A stretch of DNA of 64,000 nt from a bacterium (GTDB lineage: Bacteria; Patescibacteriota; UBA1384; CAILIB01), in NCBI GenBank assembly GCA_037131105.1, contig JBAXRQ010000001.1:765465-829464 (forward strand). The letters run 5' to 3'. How positions within the stretch are numbered: the first letter of the stretch is position 1; every line of letters starts with the position of its first letter. The position numbers and the translations under genes are program-made. Shown one piece after another: positions 1 through 9,557 of the stretch. The notes beneath the pieces are model-generated. The model saw only the letters and a program-made list of their open reading frames with translations, had not been told where the DNA came from and ran no database searches.

Positions 1-312
1 AGCATAGCCGAGCAGCATCCCGACCACCTCATCCCCGGCCACCGCCACCGCACAGTAGGCGTAGGGAAGATCAAGGCTTCCCAGGACGTCGCTGGCGATG
101 GTCTCCAGGGGCCAGAACAGCTCCAGATGACTGCCGCACTGCGGGCAGGTCTCCGCCTCGCCGATACTGCTGCCAAACGAATTCTCGCAACCTGAGCACT
201 TCTTGTGCTCGTTCCACGGCTCACCTGCATAGCCTGACTGGTAGCACTTCCACGCACTCTGACAGAGCGTCACATTCCCCGTATCCAAACTCTCAATACG
301 TACACTTATCAC
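1..312 (-). CDS. hypothetical protein with two CxxC zinc-ribbon motifs; C-terminus runs off the window edge
   Basis: Minus-strand frame runs from a GTG at 312 (RBS AAGGAGA 4 nt upstream) to position 1 without a stop; translation contains CSGC...CPQC. Confidence 0.4.
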   Translation of the reverse strand, partial: MISVRIESLDTGNVTLCQSAWKCYQSGYAGEPWNEHKKCSGCENSFGSSIGEAETCPQCGSHLELFWPLETIASDVLGSLDLPYAYCAVAVAGDEVVGMLLGYA

Positions 313-435
313 GATGTCTCCTTTCGTCCTCGCGAAGAGAACGGCTGACCCTTGGCAGGCCAACCGGCTTGCCGCGAGGATACAAAAAGCCCCGCACTCG
401 GGCGGGACTAGTGCCGTTCGCGGCAAACCAAAATC

Positions 436-741
436 CTACCCGAGCCGAGGCGGGGTATGAGGATGCTCAAGACGGAACAGGGCTATACGATAGCCGCCGC
501 CGTCCCCCTTCAGCCACTTGGCGATGCGGGCCACCGTGGTCGAGCTTAAGCCCGTCTCCTTGACGATCTGGGTATACGGTACCTTGTCATTCAGCATGCG
601 GGCAGCCTGCCAACGGTTGGAAAACTCCAGAATCTCCTTCTCAGTAAGAAGGTCGCGAAAGAACCGCTTCAGCTCCGCCTCGTTCTTGAGGCTGAGAATG
701 GTGCGGAAGAGGTCGTCGGACTCAGGAGTGCTCCAATCCAT
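436..741 (-). CDS. TrpR-like YerC/YecD family DNA-binding protein
   Basis: 101-aa ORF; sequence resembles the YerC/YecD Trp-repressor-like family (EILEFSNRWQAARML... TGLSSTTVARI). Confidence 0.65.
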   Translation of the reverse strand: MDWSTPESDDLFRTILSLKNEAELKRFFRDLLTEKEILEFSNRWQAARMLNDKVPYTQIVKETGLSSTTVARIAKWLKGDGGGYRIALFRLEHPHTPPRLG

Positions 742-798
742 AGGAATAGTTAATACTTTACTGTACTAAAGTACTATGGTTCCTTGTATCTGTCAACC

Positions 799-2064
799 CT
801 AAGCCGTTTCAGCCGCCAACTCCAGGGAGGACATCCCGATATGCCGTGGTGTGGTCTTGAGCAAGATAAGCACTATTCCGATACTAACCAGGGCCAGCAC
901 CGCAAAGGCGGCACCGTTCCCCAGGTTCTCCGCCAGCAGACCGGCCGCTATGGGACCGATGACAAAGCCGATGTTGGTAGCGAAGTCATTGATGCCCACT
1001 ATCTCCTTCTCGGCCGTAGGCGCCTCGGCAATATAGTCGGTAAAGGCCCCGTTCACCGACGGCGTGGCGATGGAGATGAAGAAGGCGGCGCAGAAGACCA
1101 GTCCGATAATCAGCACCGGATTGGTGACGAATGCCAGCGGCAGCAGCAGGGCCGACCCTATCCCCAGCGAGTAGAACGCCGTCCGCTTCTTGCCCCGCTT
1201 ATGGGTAATGGCGCCGATGCACCAGCCCACGCCCAGGATTGGCACCTCGTAGGCCATCAGCAGCAGTCCAGACAGACCCCCTACCCCGTGCAGACTCTGG
1301 GCGTAGAGCGGGCCGATGGTCCAGAAGAAGGAGTCGAAAACGCAGAGCAGCACTGTCACAATCAGCACTGGCCGTAAGAGATTAGAAGCGGCAGCCCACA
1401 GATAGAACTCTTTTTGTAGATTGACCGTCCTGCAGCACAACTCCTGCTCCGGCGTCTTGGGATGCTGTTTGCGCACCATATACAGAAGTAGCAAGAAGAA
1501 CAGGAAACCGAAGCCTAGGAATATCCAGGAGAACTCAAACGCCTGCAGGTTTACCGTCTCTACCACTACCATGCCGGCAAGCAGAGGCGCTACCAGGTAA
1601 CCCAACGCCCGAAATACTTGCAGCACTCCCGAACCAGAAGCATGCTCACTGCTCTTGAGGTTCAGGCCTGCAAAATTGAACCTGCCGAAATTAAACAGAT
1701 CGTAATAAATCCCCCACAGTCCCATAGCCAACAAAAAGATCCAGGCCGACTGGGCCTTGAAGAGGATGAGCGGGTAAATGGTGCAGATGACAAACAGGAT
1801 CATGAAGATGAGCCGGTAGTCGCTCTTCCTGAAGATCCGGCAGATGAAGAAGTCGAAGAGGGCACCGGCCACCGAGGAGCTGCCAATGATCAGGCCCATG
1901 GTCGCCTCGCTGAAGCCGTTCTGCACCAGCAAAAGCGGCGTCACATAGGTAAGGATGCCGTCGAAGACGCAGAAGAAGAATATGACCAGCGAGAAGGCGT
2001 ACAGCGGCTTGTGCTTCAGGCCGTACTGGCGGACATGGTCCTCGAGATGGCGAAGAGTAGGCAT
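799..2064 (-). CDS. MFS transporter
   Basis: 421-aa ORF, about 12 hydrophobic helices, typical MFS loop motifs. Confidence 0.8.
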   Translation of the reverse strand: MPTLRHLEDHVRQYGLKHKPLYAFSLVIFFFCVFDGILTYVTPLLLVQNGFSEATMGLIIGSSSVAGALFDFFICRIFRKSDYRLIFMILFVICTIYPLILFKAQSAWIFLLAMGLWGIYYDLFNFGRFNFAGLNLKSSEHASGSGVLQVFRALGYLVAPLLAGMVVVETVNLQAFEFSWIFLGFGFLFFLLLLYMVRKQHPKTPEQELCCRTVNLQKEFYLWAAASNLLRPVLIVTVLLCVFDSFFWTIGPLYAQSLHGVGGLSGLLLMAYEVPILGVGWCIGAITHKRGKKRTAFYSLGIGSALLLPLAFVTNPVLIIGLVFCAAFFISIATPSVNGAFTDYIAEAPTAEKEIVGINDFATNIGFVIGPIAAGLLAENLGNGAAFAVLALVSIGIVLILLKTTPRHIGMSSLELAAETA

Positions 2065-2258
2065 AGTGCTATTTTAGCACGAGAAAGGGAGGCGCACCTT
2101 GTAAATCCCATTGCCCCTCGCGCAAAAATGAAGCACCGTACCATTTTTTCGGATAGTAAACAATAACAACAAGCTCCGGAAGCATATAATATAAAAAGCC
2201 CTCTCAACTCCCTTGCCTTACACAGCTCTTCAGCAGAATATAAGTATAATAATATCTA

Positions 2259-2756
2259 ATGGTTTTTATGAATCCCAAACTCTTTAAGGCGGCGCTGTTG
2301 ACCCTGGTGGCCTGTGCCTGCGTATCCATTGCCATCTCCTATTCCACCTACCAGTACCGCATCAACCAGCCGGCCGAGCCTAATGGCACCCTTTCACTCT
2401 GGGAGCTTTCCGATACCTACCTCACTCCATACTCGGTATTTAATCCAGCAGTGAACTCCACTCCTGCACCTGGGTTGTATTCCGGTGTCGAGATGGACGG
2501 CACGGCCCTTGCTAAGAATATTGCCGTCCTCTTCATCCCCGCCTTCCTGATAGTGCTTCTAGTAATGAATCTATGGGCTACAAAAGCCCGGCGGCCGATG
2601 CTGACCGGTGCCGTTGTTTCCGGAATCATATGCTTCGCTCTAGGTAGCCTCCTCATGTACCTCTATCTCCTGACCCCGCTAAAGGTGCAGCAGCAGTACG
2701 GACTGGACGGGTACAACGCTGTAGTACGTCTTCACAATCAGATCAGCCCCAAATAG
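2259..2756 (+). CDS. hypothetical membrane/secreted protein
   Basis: 165-aa ORF with N-terminal signal/TM segment and further TM helices. Confidence 0.45.
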   Translation: MVFMNPKLFKAALLTLVACACVSIAISYSTYQYRINQPAEPNGTLSLWELSDTYLTPYSVFNPAVNSTPAPGLYSGVEMDGTALAKNIAVLFIPAFLIVLLVMNLWATKARRPMLTGAVVSGIICFALGSLLMYLYLLTPLKVQQQYGLDGYNAVVRLHNQISPK

Positions 2757-2775
2757 GCCCGGCGCTCCTAGTACG

Positions 2776-3534
2776 TTACGGTGTTACGCTAATTACCCCG
2801 GGCTTGGCGCTTCCGCTACTTGGATAGTATGCCGTGTTGTCCCGAGAGTCGCGAGCCGAGATAACATATTGTAGAGAAGTAGTGCCTGCCAGTGCCGATC
2901 CCGGAATAAGCGCTGAATACATCCCGTAACTTACCACCACAACGGTAGCCTGCGTCCAGGTGCCGCCAGCCCTGGTCTGGTACAAGAATGAGGGAAGAGG
3001 TAGCGGCACAGTCGCCACATTGTCGGTGACACGGAAGAGGAGGCTGGCCTGCCCGGCGGCCTTCATACTACTGGCAAACTGGGGGGCAACGGTGGGCGCA
3101 GTAGTGTCAGACAGCTCGGCAGCTGAGGCAACGCTCCCGCTCTTCACTCCGGTCAGCAGGAGTGAGATGCCCGACTTCAGCGTGATACCAACCCTCTCCT
3201 GACCATCGAATGAATACCTCCAGCCATTGGTACCGATAAAACCCAGATACGCCGGCGTATCGCTACGTATCCCGGGTACTACGAAGACGCCGTCCGAACT
3301 TACGGCATAGGTGCTTACGACCGGGCCAATGGCAATCGTCACCTTGCCCTCAATGCCATTGCCGTCATTGTCAACAATACTGCCATAGGCGCTCTCTCCC
3401 GTCACAGGGACAAGCACCGCCTTTGAGCGATTAAAGTACAGTACCGCACCATAGAGTGCCAGCAAGCCCAGAACCAGCAGGGCGAAAGCGATTCGTATGC
3501 GAGGATTATTCGCGGCGTATATCAAGGGTTGCAT
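2776..3534 (-). CDS. hypothetical secreted protein with signal anchor
   Basis: 252-aa ORF; N-terminal hydrophobic anchor, then a Thr/Ser/Gly-rich beta-rich region. Confidence 0.5.
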   Translation of the reverse strand: MQPLIYAANNPRIRIAFALLVLGLLALYGAVLYFNRSKAVLVPVTGESAYGSIVDNDGNGIEGKVTIAIGPVVSTYAVSSDGVFVVPGIRSDTPAYLGFIGTNGWRYSFDGQERVGITLKSGISLLLTGVKSGSVASAAELSDTTAPTVAPQFASSMKAAGQASLLFRVTDNVATVPLPLPSFLYQTRAGGTWTQATVVVVSYGMYSALIPGSALAGTTSLQYVISARDSRDNTAYYPSSGSAKPGVISVTP

Positions 3535-3559
3535 TCGTGGCGTGCTAATATGCGGCGGG

Positions 3560-5161
3560 TCAATTTTGGGTAACGGCCGAAAACGAGTCGGCGGCCGTGT
3601 AGGTACCCAGCTCGTTGGTACCGCCCCCCAGCGTCTTGTTGCTCAACCAGATAACCGGTGGCGCAGTCGGGGTGGTCACCTCGATGTCATAGCGCCCCGG
3701 CTCTGTCTCTCCGGCAAACTGGCCGGCGCCTCCCGCGATATAGCCGAGCTGCTTTCGGGCTCCGGTCCTGCGTCCCGTGCCTGGGTCAAGCTTCCAGAGG
3801 GTTATGATAAACGGATTGTCACTGCGAACCGGCAGCATGGCGCTGTGGCCGTCCACTGCCGTGCCGTGGACCGAGGCTACCGGGGAGGGAGTTGCCGCTG
3901 CTGTCCTGATCGACAGATACTGGGAATCAACCACCTTTCCATCAAGCTTGCTGGTAAGGACCAGGGCATACATCCCGTCGATAGCCTTGAAAAGAGGGTC
4001 TCCAGTAAAATAGTTCCCGATAACCATCGTCGAGTTCCTGATCCTGACTTTGTTGGCCTTAAAAGCTGAGCAGTCCTGGGTGATGACGTTTGGCTGCAGA
4101 ATCTCAATGGCACGTGCCACCATAGCCTGGTCGTAGGAAGAGGGCAGGTTCGTCACGATGGCATGGCTCACGGCACCCTGTATCCACTGGTTAAGGGCGG
4201 CGGGATCCCCGTTTGCGAGGCTAGAAGGAATCTGGGGAATGTTATTGAGGATATCGACTATCCAAGGCCCGTACTGCGAGTTCCGCAGAGTACTCGCAAT
4301 ACGCGTGACCTCGCCTATCGTCGCCCGAGCGAGTACGGAGTCCGCATTGATGTAATAAAAGTTACAGCTTACTGTGGCAGGATATCTGACGCTCCACTCG
4401 AATTGCTTCGCGTCACCCCTGGGAATTGTCTCCACTCGCTCATTAGCGGGCTTACCGACGTACTCGGTGGTGTTTGTTGAGCCTTGGTAGGTCTTGAGAC
4501 TAAGGATGGCAGCCGCACTATGTGGGTCGGTGGCAAAATTTATGTCGCTTCGACCCCCTGTGGCGGCCATAACCTGGAAAGACTTGGTAGGCGGAAGAAA
4601 TGTCCTCTGACTTTTTATGGCCTGCAGATTGTAGGTCGCACCAGTCGTCCCCAAGAAGAAGTACGAGCCGGAAGATCCGGACGTATCCAGGATCCGGCCT
4701 GAAATCAGGTCCTTTATCTGGACGCCGCCCAAGGGATTTCCATTCTCATCAGTAGTAAGTCCGGATATCCCGTATTTAGGTGCGGCAACTGAGAAGTCAC
4801 TACCTCCCTGGCTAGTGTCCGTTATGGTCACCGAACGGTTGGCAGGGGCGAAGTACTGCCCCGTCAGGCTAGGTGTTACCGTATAGCTCCCTGCTGTCAA
4901 ACCGGTAAGAACATATAGACCTGAGGCGTCCGTGACAGCGGTTGAGCCTGCCACCGAGACCGTGACGCCCGGCAGCCCGGCCCCGCTGTCATAGGTTACG
5001 ACGTGACCGGATATGGTGTAGTTAGCGCCTTTGAGAGCAAAGGGAGATGAGGTGGAAAAGGTAGACGCCCTCACACTGACAGAAGGAGCACATCCGAGCA
5101 GCACGATTCCTGAGACAAGCAGAAATACGAGTAGGGTGCGGATACGGGACGCTCGGTGCAT
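3560..5161 (-). CDS. hypothetical lipoprotein with carboxypeptidase-regulatory-like beta-sandwich repeats
   Basis: Probable start at MHRAS...; lipobox LLGC; repeated G-x-V-x-D-x-x-G-x-P-L-x-G-V motifs. Confidence 0.55.
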   Translation of the reverse strand: MHRASRIRTLLVFLLVSGIVLLGCAPSVSVRASTFSTSSPFALKGANYTISGHVVTYDSGAGLPGVTVSVAGSTAVTDASGLYVLTGLTAGSYTVTPSLTGQYFAPANRSVTITDTSQGGSDFSVAAPKYGISGLTTDENGNPLGGVQIKDLISGRILDTSGSSGSYFFLGTTGATYNLQAIKSQRTFLPPTKSFQVMAATGGRSDINFATDPHSAAAILSLKTYQGSTNTTEYVGKPANERVETIPRGDAKQFEWSVRYPATVSCNFYYINADSVLARATIGEVTRIASTLRNSQYGPWIVDILNNIPQIPSSLANGDPAALNQWIQGAVSHAIVTNLPSSYDQAMVARAIEILQPNVITQDCSAFKANKVRIRNSTMVIGNYFTGDPLFKAIDGMYALVLTSKLDGKVVDSQYLSIRTAAATPSPVASVHGTAVDGHSAMLPVRSDNPFIITLWKLDPGTGRRTGARKQLGYIAGGAGQFAGETEPGRYDIEVTTPTAPPVIWLSNKTLGGGTNELGTYTAADSFSAVTQN

Positions 5162-5338
5162 ATGGCAGGACTCCCAGAGGAGGAGGGATCGCTTTAGAAT
5201 AGACTGTTGACACACCAATTGTATGGGATAAGGTTGGGTATGACAAGGTTAGCGTATCAATGCGACGTCAGGCCTGATAGTGGCGTGGTGGAACTGCAGG
5301 GAGGCTATTTCAAGTGCCAACCAAGCTATTTGATCTGC

Positions 5339-6109
5339 TTAGGCTGGGCGCGGAATAACCGTGGCCATTCCCCACAGCGTTTCGAACTGCTGCCGGTAGC
5401 CGTCGGCAATATTCTTGTTCTCTATGTAAATAATAGAAATGTTCTCAGGATCCATGACCTGCAGGGCCACCTTGTCACCATAAATGACTGTCGCCACCGG
5501 AGTACCGTACGAACCGGGCAGCTCGCGGACCTCAAGCAGCTTCTGGGCGAAGTACTGGGTGGTGAAGTCCTGGCCGCCATAGGAGATCATGCGCAGGTTA
5601 ATATTGCGCTTGGCGTAGATGTTCACATACTTATGGTACATGGGCCGGACCTTATCCAGACTGTAAAAACCGTCGCCGATACCGCCTAGGATAAGGTACT
5701 CACCGTCCTTGCCCACGGTCTTCAAAATATCCTCAAATCCGAATTGAAAGGCGTCCTCGCCTTCACGAACCTGCACTATATGAGGGTAGTGCTGATACAT
5801 GCCCTTCAGCAGAGGCTGCAAGGACTCGGCGGTCTCCATCTTTGCCTTCACCCGGCTGATGAGGATCTCCGGATTGGTAGCGGCAAAATAGGCCCGCTTG
5901 TGCTTGATAAAGGTGCGGACCAGCTTGGCCTCTTCTAAACGCTTTAAGGCCCGGTAGGCCTGCTCACGGTGCAGCTTCACCTTCTCAAGGATCATGCCCA
6001 CCGAAGCCTCACCATAGCGAAGAATCTCGAGGTAGATCTCGGCCTCGTGCTGGGACAGGCCGACCTCCTCAAGTTGACGTAGAACGGACTCGTTACTTAC
6101 GGTGTCCAT
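5339..6109 (-). CDS. TrmB-family transcriptional regulator
   Basis: N-terminal winged HTH (LSQHEAEIYLEILRYGEASVGMILEKVKLHREQAYRALKRLEEAKLV) plus C-terminal TrmB-like domain; diverges from the YcaO locus. Confidence 0.65.
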   Translation of the reverse strand: MDTVSNESVLRQLEEVGLSQHEAEIYLEILRYGEASVGMILEKVKLHREQAYRALKRLEEAKLVRTFIKHKRAYFAATNPEILISRVKAKMETAESLQPLLKGMYQHYPHIVQVREGEDAFQFGFEDILKTVGKDGEYLILGGIGDGFYSLDKVRPMYHKYVNIYAKRNINLRMISYGGQDFTTQYFAQKLLEVRELPGSYGTPVATVIYGDKVALQVMDPENISIIYIENKNIADGYRQQFETLWGMATVIPRPA

Positions 6110-6177
6110 ACTTCCTTCTTTAGGACTTGGATAATCACAGGTCTGATTCAAGATAATTTTTTTATTGTAACATTGTG

Positions 6178-6206
6178 TTGACAATATGTCAATACCAGAC
6201 TATATT
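6178..6206 (+). promoter_or_regulatory. sigma70-like promoter TTGACA-17-TATATT; the -35 box lies inside the perfect palindrome TTGACAATATGTCAA
   Basis: Consensus -35 hexamer, 17-nt spacer and 5/6 -10 hexamer about 28 nt upstream of the small ORF ATG; the palindrome is a candidate operator for the divergent TrmB regulator. Confidence 0.5.
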
Positions 6207-6233
6207 CGGGCTACTTATCTGTAAGCAAAGCCC

Positions 6234-6341
6234 ATGTCCAATAGCCCGATTAAGCCACAAGTTCCTGGCACAGGGTATAACAGCCCGATCAAACCGCAGA
6301 TACCAACGGCCAACAGCCCCATCAAGCCTCAGGTACCCTAA
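6234..6341 (+). CDS. 35-aa repeat peptide MSNSPIKPQVPGTGYNSPIKPQIPTANSPIKPQVP (candidate RiPP precursor)
   Basis: Three 9-codon repeats differ almost only at synonymous third positions (AAT/AAC/AAC, CCG/CCG/CCC, ATT/ATC/ATC, ...), which indicates selection on the peptide; the promoter is upstream and a terminator and YcaO are downstream. Confidence 0.4.
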   Translation: MSNSPIKPQVPGTGYNSPIKPQIPTANSPIKPQVP

Positions 6342-6354
6342 CCAGGGAGCTATC

Positions 6355-6384
6355 GGCCCGTCCGAAAGGGCGGGCCTTTTCTGT
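6355..6384 (+). terminator. intrinsic terminator/attenuator (9-bp GC stem, GAAA loop, UUUUCUGU)
   Basis: ggcccgtcc-gaaa-gggcgggcc followed by a T-tract, between the repeat-peptide ORF and the YcaO start. Confidence 0.5.
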
Positions 6385-7911
6385 ATGCCTACACTCCTCC
6401 GCCCCGACTGGGATCTCATTCCAGGGAAAGATTCTGCGACCCTGCTGCCGCCAGACGGTGCCTCCCCTATTATTTTGAAGGGGGCCGGTTTGACGGAGCT
6501 TTTTTCAGATCTGATTAACGGTATCCCGACACCCAGTCATTCACGACTCATTGCCCGGCTGAAGAAGATGGGTGCGGTGGTCGAGCAGGATATTGTGACA
6601 AAGCCCGTGCCCCAAGAAGACTATCTCGACCTGCTGGAAAATACCGTGATAGGCCCGAATAAGATAGTACGGCAGATCCGCCAGTACCCCATGGCCGACC
6701 AGTTTAAGGACAGCTTTCATGTGTCGTATGCCAGTGGCTTCGCTCCCCGTCTTATCCCCGGACAGTCCTCGCAGAGCGGCGGCTGGGGTGCCGATACCGA
6801 TCCGTTGCTGGCCGATATCAAGTCAGTGGTGGAGGCGGTCGAGCGCTACGCCTTGGCTGAATACGACGAGTCTGCCTTGGTGCAGAAAAAATGGGCGGAG
6901 ATGGAAAGCAAAAGTCCTACAGCTACTCAGATGGGAAGTGACGAGCAGCTACTGGAAACAGCGCACCCTCTTCTCTGGCAGAAATTAGAAGGACTTACTG
7001 TCCCCGGCAGCATCTACGCTCCGCTGGATTTCCTGCACCACCCGGTTGATTACAGCGCTTTGGGACGCCTGCCGGTGGCTCCGCTCAATATCTCGGGTGT
7101 GGCGGCACACCAGAGCCTAGACGCCGCCATAATCAACGGGCTATTGGAGCTCTGCGAGCACGAGGCGCTGATGGTAGCCTGGTATGGCAAGCGGGTTACG
7201 CCTAACATCAGGGTAAAAAGCCTTGATGAGGACTCCCAGGAGCATATAGCCAAGCTGGAGCAGATGGGCTGGAAGATCATCCTGAAGGACATCAGTCTGG
7301 ACCTGGTGCCCGTGGTTATAGTGGTAGGCCTGGGGCCGGTTGGCAAACGGGCAGTTACCATCGGGTCATGCGCAGCCTTTTCCAGCCGGTATGCCGCCAA
7401 GAAGGCGCTGACTGAGGTGGTCAGGACCATTTTGACTGAGGAAGCCAGTCCACCGGTGGTGCCAGTCCTTACCCGGGAGGAAGTGAACGACGTGGCGACC
7501 CACGGGCTGTATTATTCCCGGCATGAGAACCTGGCTGAAGCGGAAATACTGTGGTCAGGCAACGAATGGGTGGACGCCACCGACCTGCTGACGGATGGAA
7601 GCGGCAGGGATCTGGAGGACGCGAAGCGGGAATGGGAAGCGTCGGGGGACCCTATCGGTAAGGAGAAGGAATACGTCACGGACATGCTGCGCACGAAGGG
7701 TATCGCCGCATATTATGCCGAGACTACACCAAAGGAAGTTCAGAAGGCTGGGATACCGCTTTTTGTGGTCGGGACCTTGGCGCCGGAAATGGCCAGGATG
7801 ACGGTGGGGTATGGGAGGAAACCAGCGCAGACGAAACGGTTTATGGCCCTACTAAGCAAATTCGAAAGTGAATCTCCACAAACCCCAGGAGGACTTCACC
7901 CCTTCAGCTAA
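6385..7911 (+). CDS. YcaO-domain protein (ATP-dependent amide-backbone activating enzyme)
   Basis: Motifs EAVERYALAEY and GVAAHQSLDAAIINGLLELCEHEALMVAWY match YcaO signatures; the ORF track starts at 6175 but 6385 is the more likely ATG. Confidence 0.75.
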   Translation: MPTLLRPDWDLIPGKDSATLLPPDGASPIILKGAGLTELFSDLINGIPTPSHSRLIARLKKMGAVVEQDIVTKPVPQEDYLDLLENTVIGPNKIVRQIRQYPMADQFKDSFHVSYASGFAPRLIPGQSSQSGGWGADTDPLLADIKSVVEAVERYALAEYDESALVQKKWAEMESKSPTATQMGSDEQLLETAHPLLWQKLEGLTVPGSIYAPLDFLHHPVDYSALGRLPVAPLNISGVAAHQSLDAAIINGLLELCEHEALMVAWYGKRVTPNIRVKSLDEDSQEHIAKLEQMGWKIILKDISLDLVPVVIVVGLGPVGKRAVTIGSCAAFSSRYAAKKALTEVVRTILTEEASPPVVPVLTREEVNDVATHGLYYSRHENLAEAEILWSGNEWVDATDLLTDGSGRDLEDAKREWEASGDPIGKEKEYVTDMLRTKGIAAYYAETTPKEVQKAGIPLFVVGTLAPEMARMTVGYGRKPAQTKRFMALLSKFESESPQTPGGLHPFS

Positions 7912-8537
7912 CTCACTAGGACAGCCACAGCCTCCTCGATAAGCCGAGGAAAGTCATCAGAAGTATCAAGGGTGGGGAGACCGCACCTTAGGCACCCCTC
8001 TCTTATCATAGCGCTATAGGTCTCTATCATCTGGGCGATCTTGGGATAGGTTTCGTCTGAGGTATCCCGTTGAGCCCAGTCGCCGGGGACCTGGCTGGCC
8101 TTCAGTCCCGAAACAATATCCTCACCCGACTTGCAAAGAAATAGAGCCTTGAACCTCTCTTCACCCTCGGCCGCAAGCAACGCACGCACCAAGTCAGGCC
8201 GGAGCTGCGCACCTTCGATGATAAAGTCCTGCTCGTCATGCAGGGCGTACACAATGAAGTTCTTTATGCCCGGCCAATATGACTCAGCCTCGACTAGGTA
8301 ACCGTCCACGATCTCTTGCGGCGTGTATTCGGCGTACAGTCTGTCATTGCTCTTCTCGGTCTTTACGCGGGCATACCAGTGCGGCAGACGCTCCTTCATG
8401 TCCTCCCTCGGGATATAGGGAGTTATCACTGACATCAGGTAGTCAGCGGGCACATAGGGTATGGCGAGCCGCCTGGAAAGCTCCCTTGCGAGGGTAGTCT
8501 TGCCGCACCGCGGCGGGCCGCCGATTAGGTAGATCAT
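7908..8537 (-). CDS. P-loop NTPase/kinase-like protein
   Basis: Walker A GGPPRCGKTT at the N-terminus; last gene of the TGase-HExxH operon. Confidence 0.55.
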   Translation of the reverse strand: MIYLIGGPPRCGKTTLARELSRRLAIPYVPADYLMSVITPYIPREDMKERLPHWYARVKTEKSNDRLYAEYTPQEIVDGYLVEAESYWPGIKNFIVYALHDEQDFIIEGAQLRPDLVRALLAAEGEERFKALFLCKSGEDIVSGLKASQVPGDWAQRDTSDETYPKIAQMIETYSAMIREGCLRCGLPTLDTSDDFPRLIEEAVAVLVS

Positions 8538-8603
8538 ATTTCTATAGTAGGAAGTATGGACTCATACTAGCAGATAGCAGGCAACATCCGGCTGCGGAAG
8601 GCT

Positions 8604-9557
8604 CTAATCCTGAACACCCACAGTTATCCTTGGTGAGTTCCTATAGTAAATAGTCTCTGGAAGTCTAGGCAGCTTCACGTCCTCCCCCAGGGCCAGTTCG
8701 GTATCGGCCATTCTATTGGCGACCCGTCTTTCCAGCAGCTTTTCATCGAGAAACCTGCCTCTTTCAGTATCAAGGTTGGGATTTCCCCCCAACCTTGCAG
8801 CCATGCTGTCGCAGATATCCTCCGCCGGACTGGTCCTTGCGTAATCCGTAACGCAGCGATCAGGCTCCTGCACCTGCAGGTTGGCAGGGTCCGGGCCATC
8901 CCACTCAAATGTGTCCGTCCACTCATTGATAACATCCTGTGAGGCCAGATGGTGGGCACCCTCGTGAATAAGGGTTCCTTTGAAGTTGGAAACCAGTGCC
9001 GCCCGGTGGCCGCCCTCAAAAGCAGGGGGATAGAGCTCGATTCCGTTTCGGCCGCCTTCCACGCCTAGGGAGCCGTTGCCGTTCATTGGCTCCCCTGTCT
9101 TCAGCCTTCCTTCCGATTCTTGGTCATTGATAAGGATGTAGCCCAGGGTCTGGGTGGCCTTTCCCTCGCCGATAGCGGCATACGTATCCACGACCTCCTT
9201 CAGCTCACCTAGCTCTTGTTCACTCAAGGGGCGCAGCCAGTTATACAGCTCAATCTCCCCGCCTGACGCAAGCCGCAGTCTCACCATTTCTAATGGTGCG
9301 CCTTTCTCCTTCCATTTTGGCTTATGCCACCAGAAATAGTTTGGCAGCTCGCTAGTAATGAGCCGTTTAATCTCCTCATCGGACTCGTTTCCTTCTAGAT
9401 TAAGAGGGATCGCATCAGCGTATTCGGGAGTGCCCTTTTCTGCCTTGGCGATAGCGAAATCATGGGTAGACTCATCCTTGGTGTTCTCCTGGAGCGGTGG
9501 GACAAAGTCCGGCTGCTGCTCAGGAAGTCGTCCCAAGTTAATTGGAAATTCATTCAT
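8604..9557 (-). CDS. hypothetical protein with HExxH (HEGAH) zinc-peptidase-like motif
   Basis: LIHEGAHHL motif; likely start MNEFPINLG, overlapping the upstream stop. Confidence 0.5.
   Translation of the reverse strand: MNEFPINLGRLPEQQPDFVPPLQENTKDESTHDFAIAKAEKGTPEYADAIPLNLEGNESDEEIKRLITSELPNYFWWHKPKWKEKGAPLEMVRLRLASGGEIELYNWLRPLSEQELGELKEVVDTYAAIGEGKATQTLGYILINDQESEGRLKTGEPMNGNGSLGVEGGRNGIELYPPAFEGGHRAALVSNFKGTLIHEGAHHLASQDVINEWTDTFEWDGPDPANLQVQEPDRCVTDYARTSPAEDICDSMAARLGGNPNLDTERGRFLDEKLLERRVANRMADTELALGEDVKLPRLPETIYYRNSPRITVGVQD

Noticed and set aside
784-2166. Plus-strand ORFs 784..1377 and 1618..2166 (197 and 182 aa)
   Set aside because: They are antisense to the well-supported MFS transporter gene, with Arg/Gly/Gln-rich low-complexity composition typical of GC-rich antisense frames.
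4158-5689. Plus-strand ORFs antisense to the lipoprotein and TrmB genes
   Set aside because: Overlap better-supported minus-strand genes and lack start signals.
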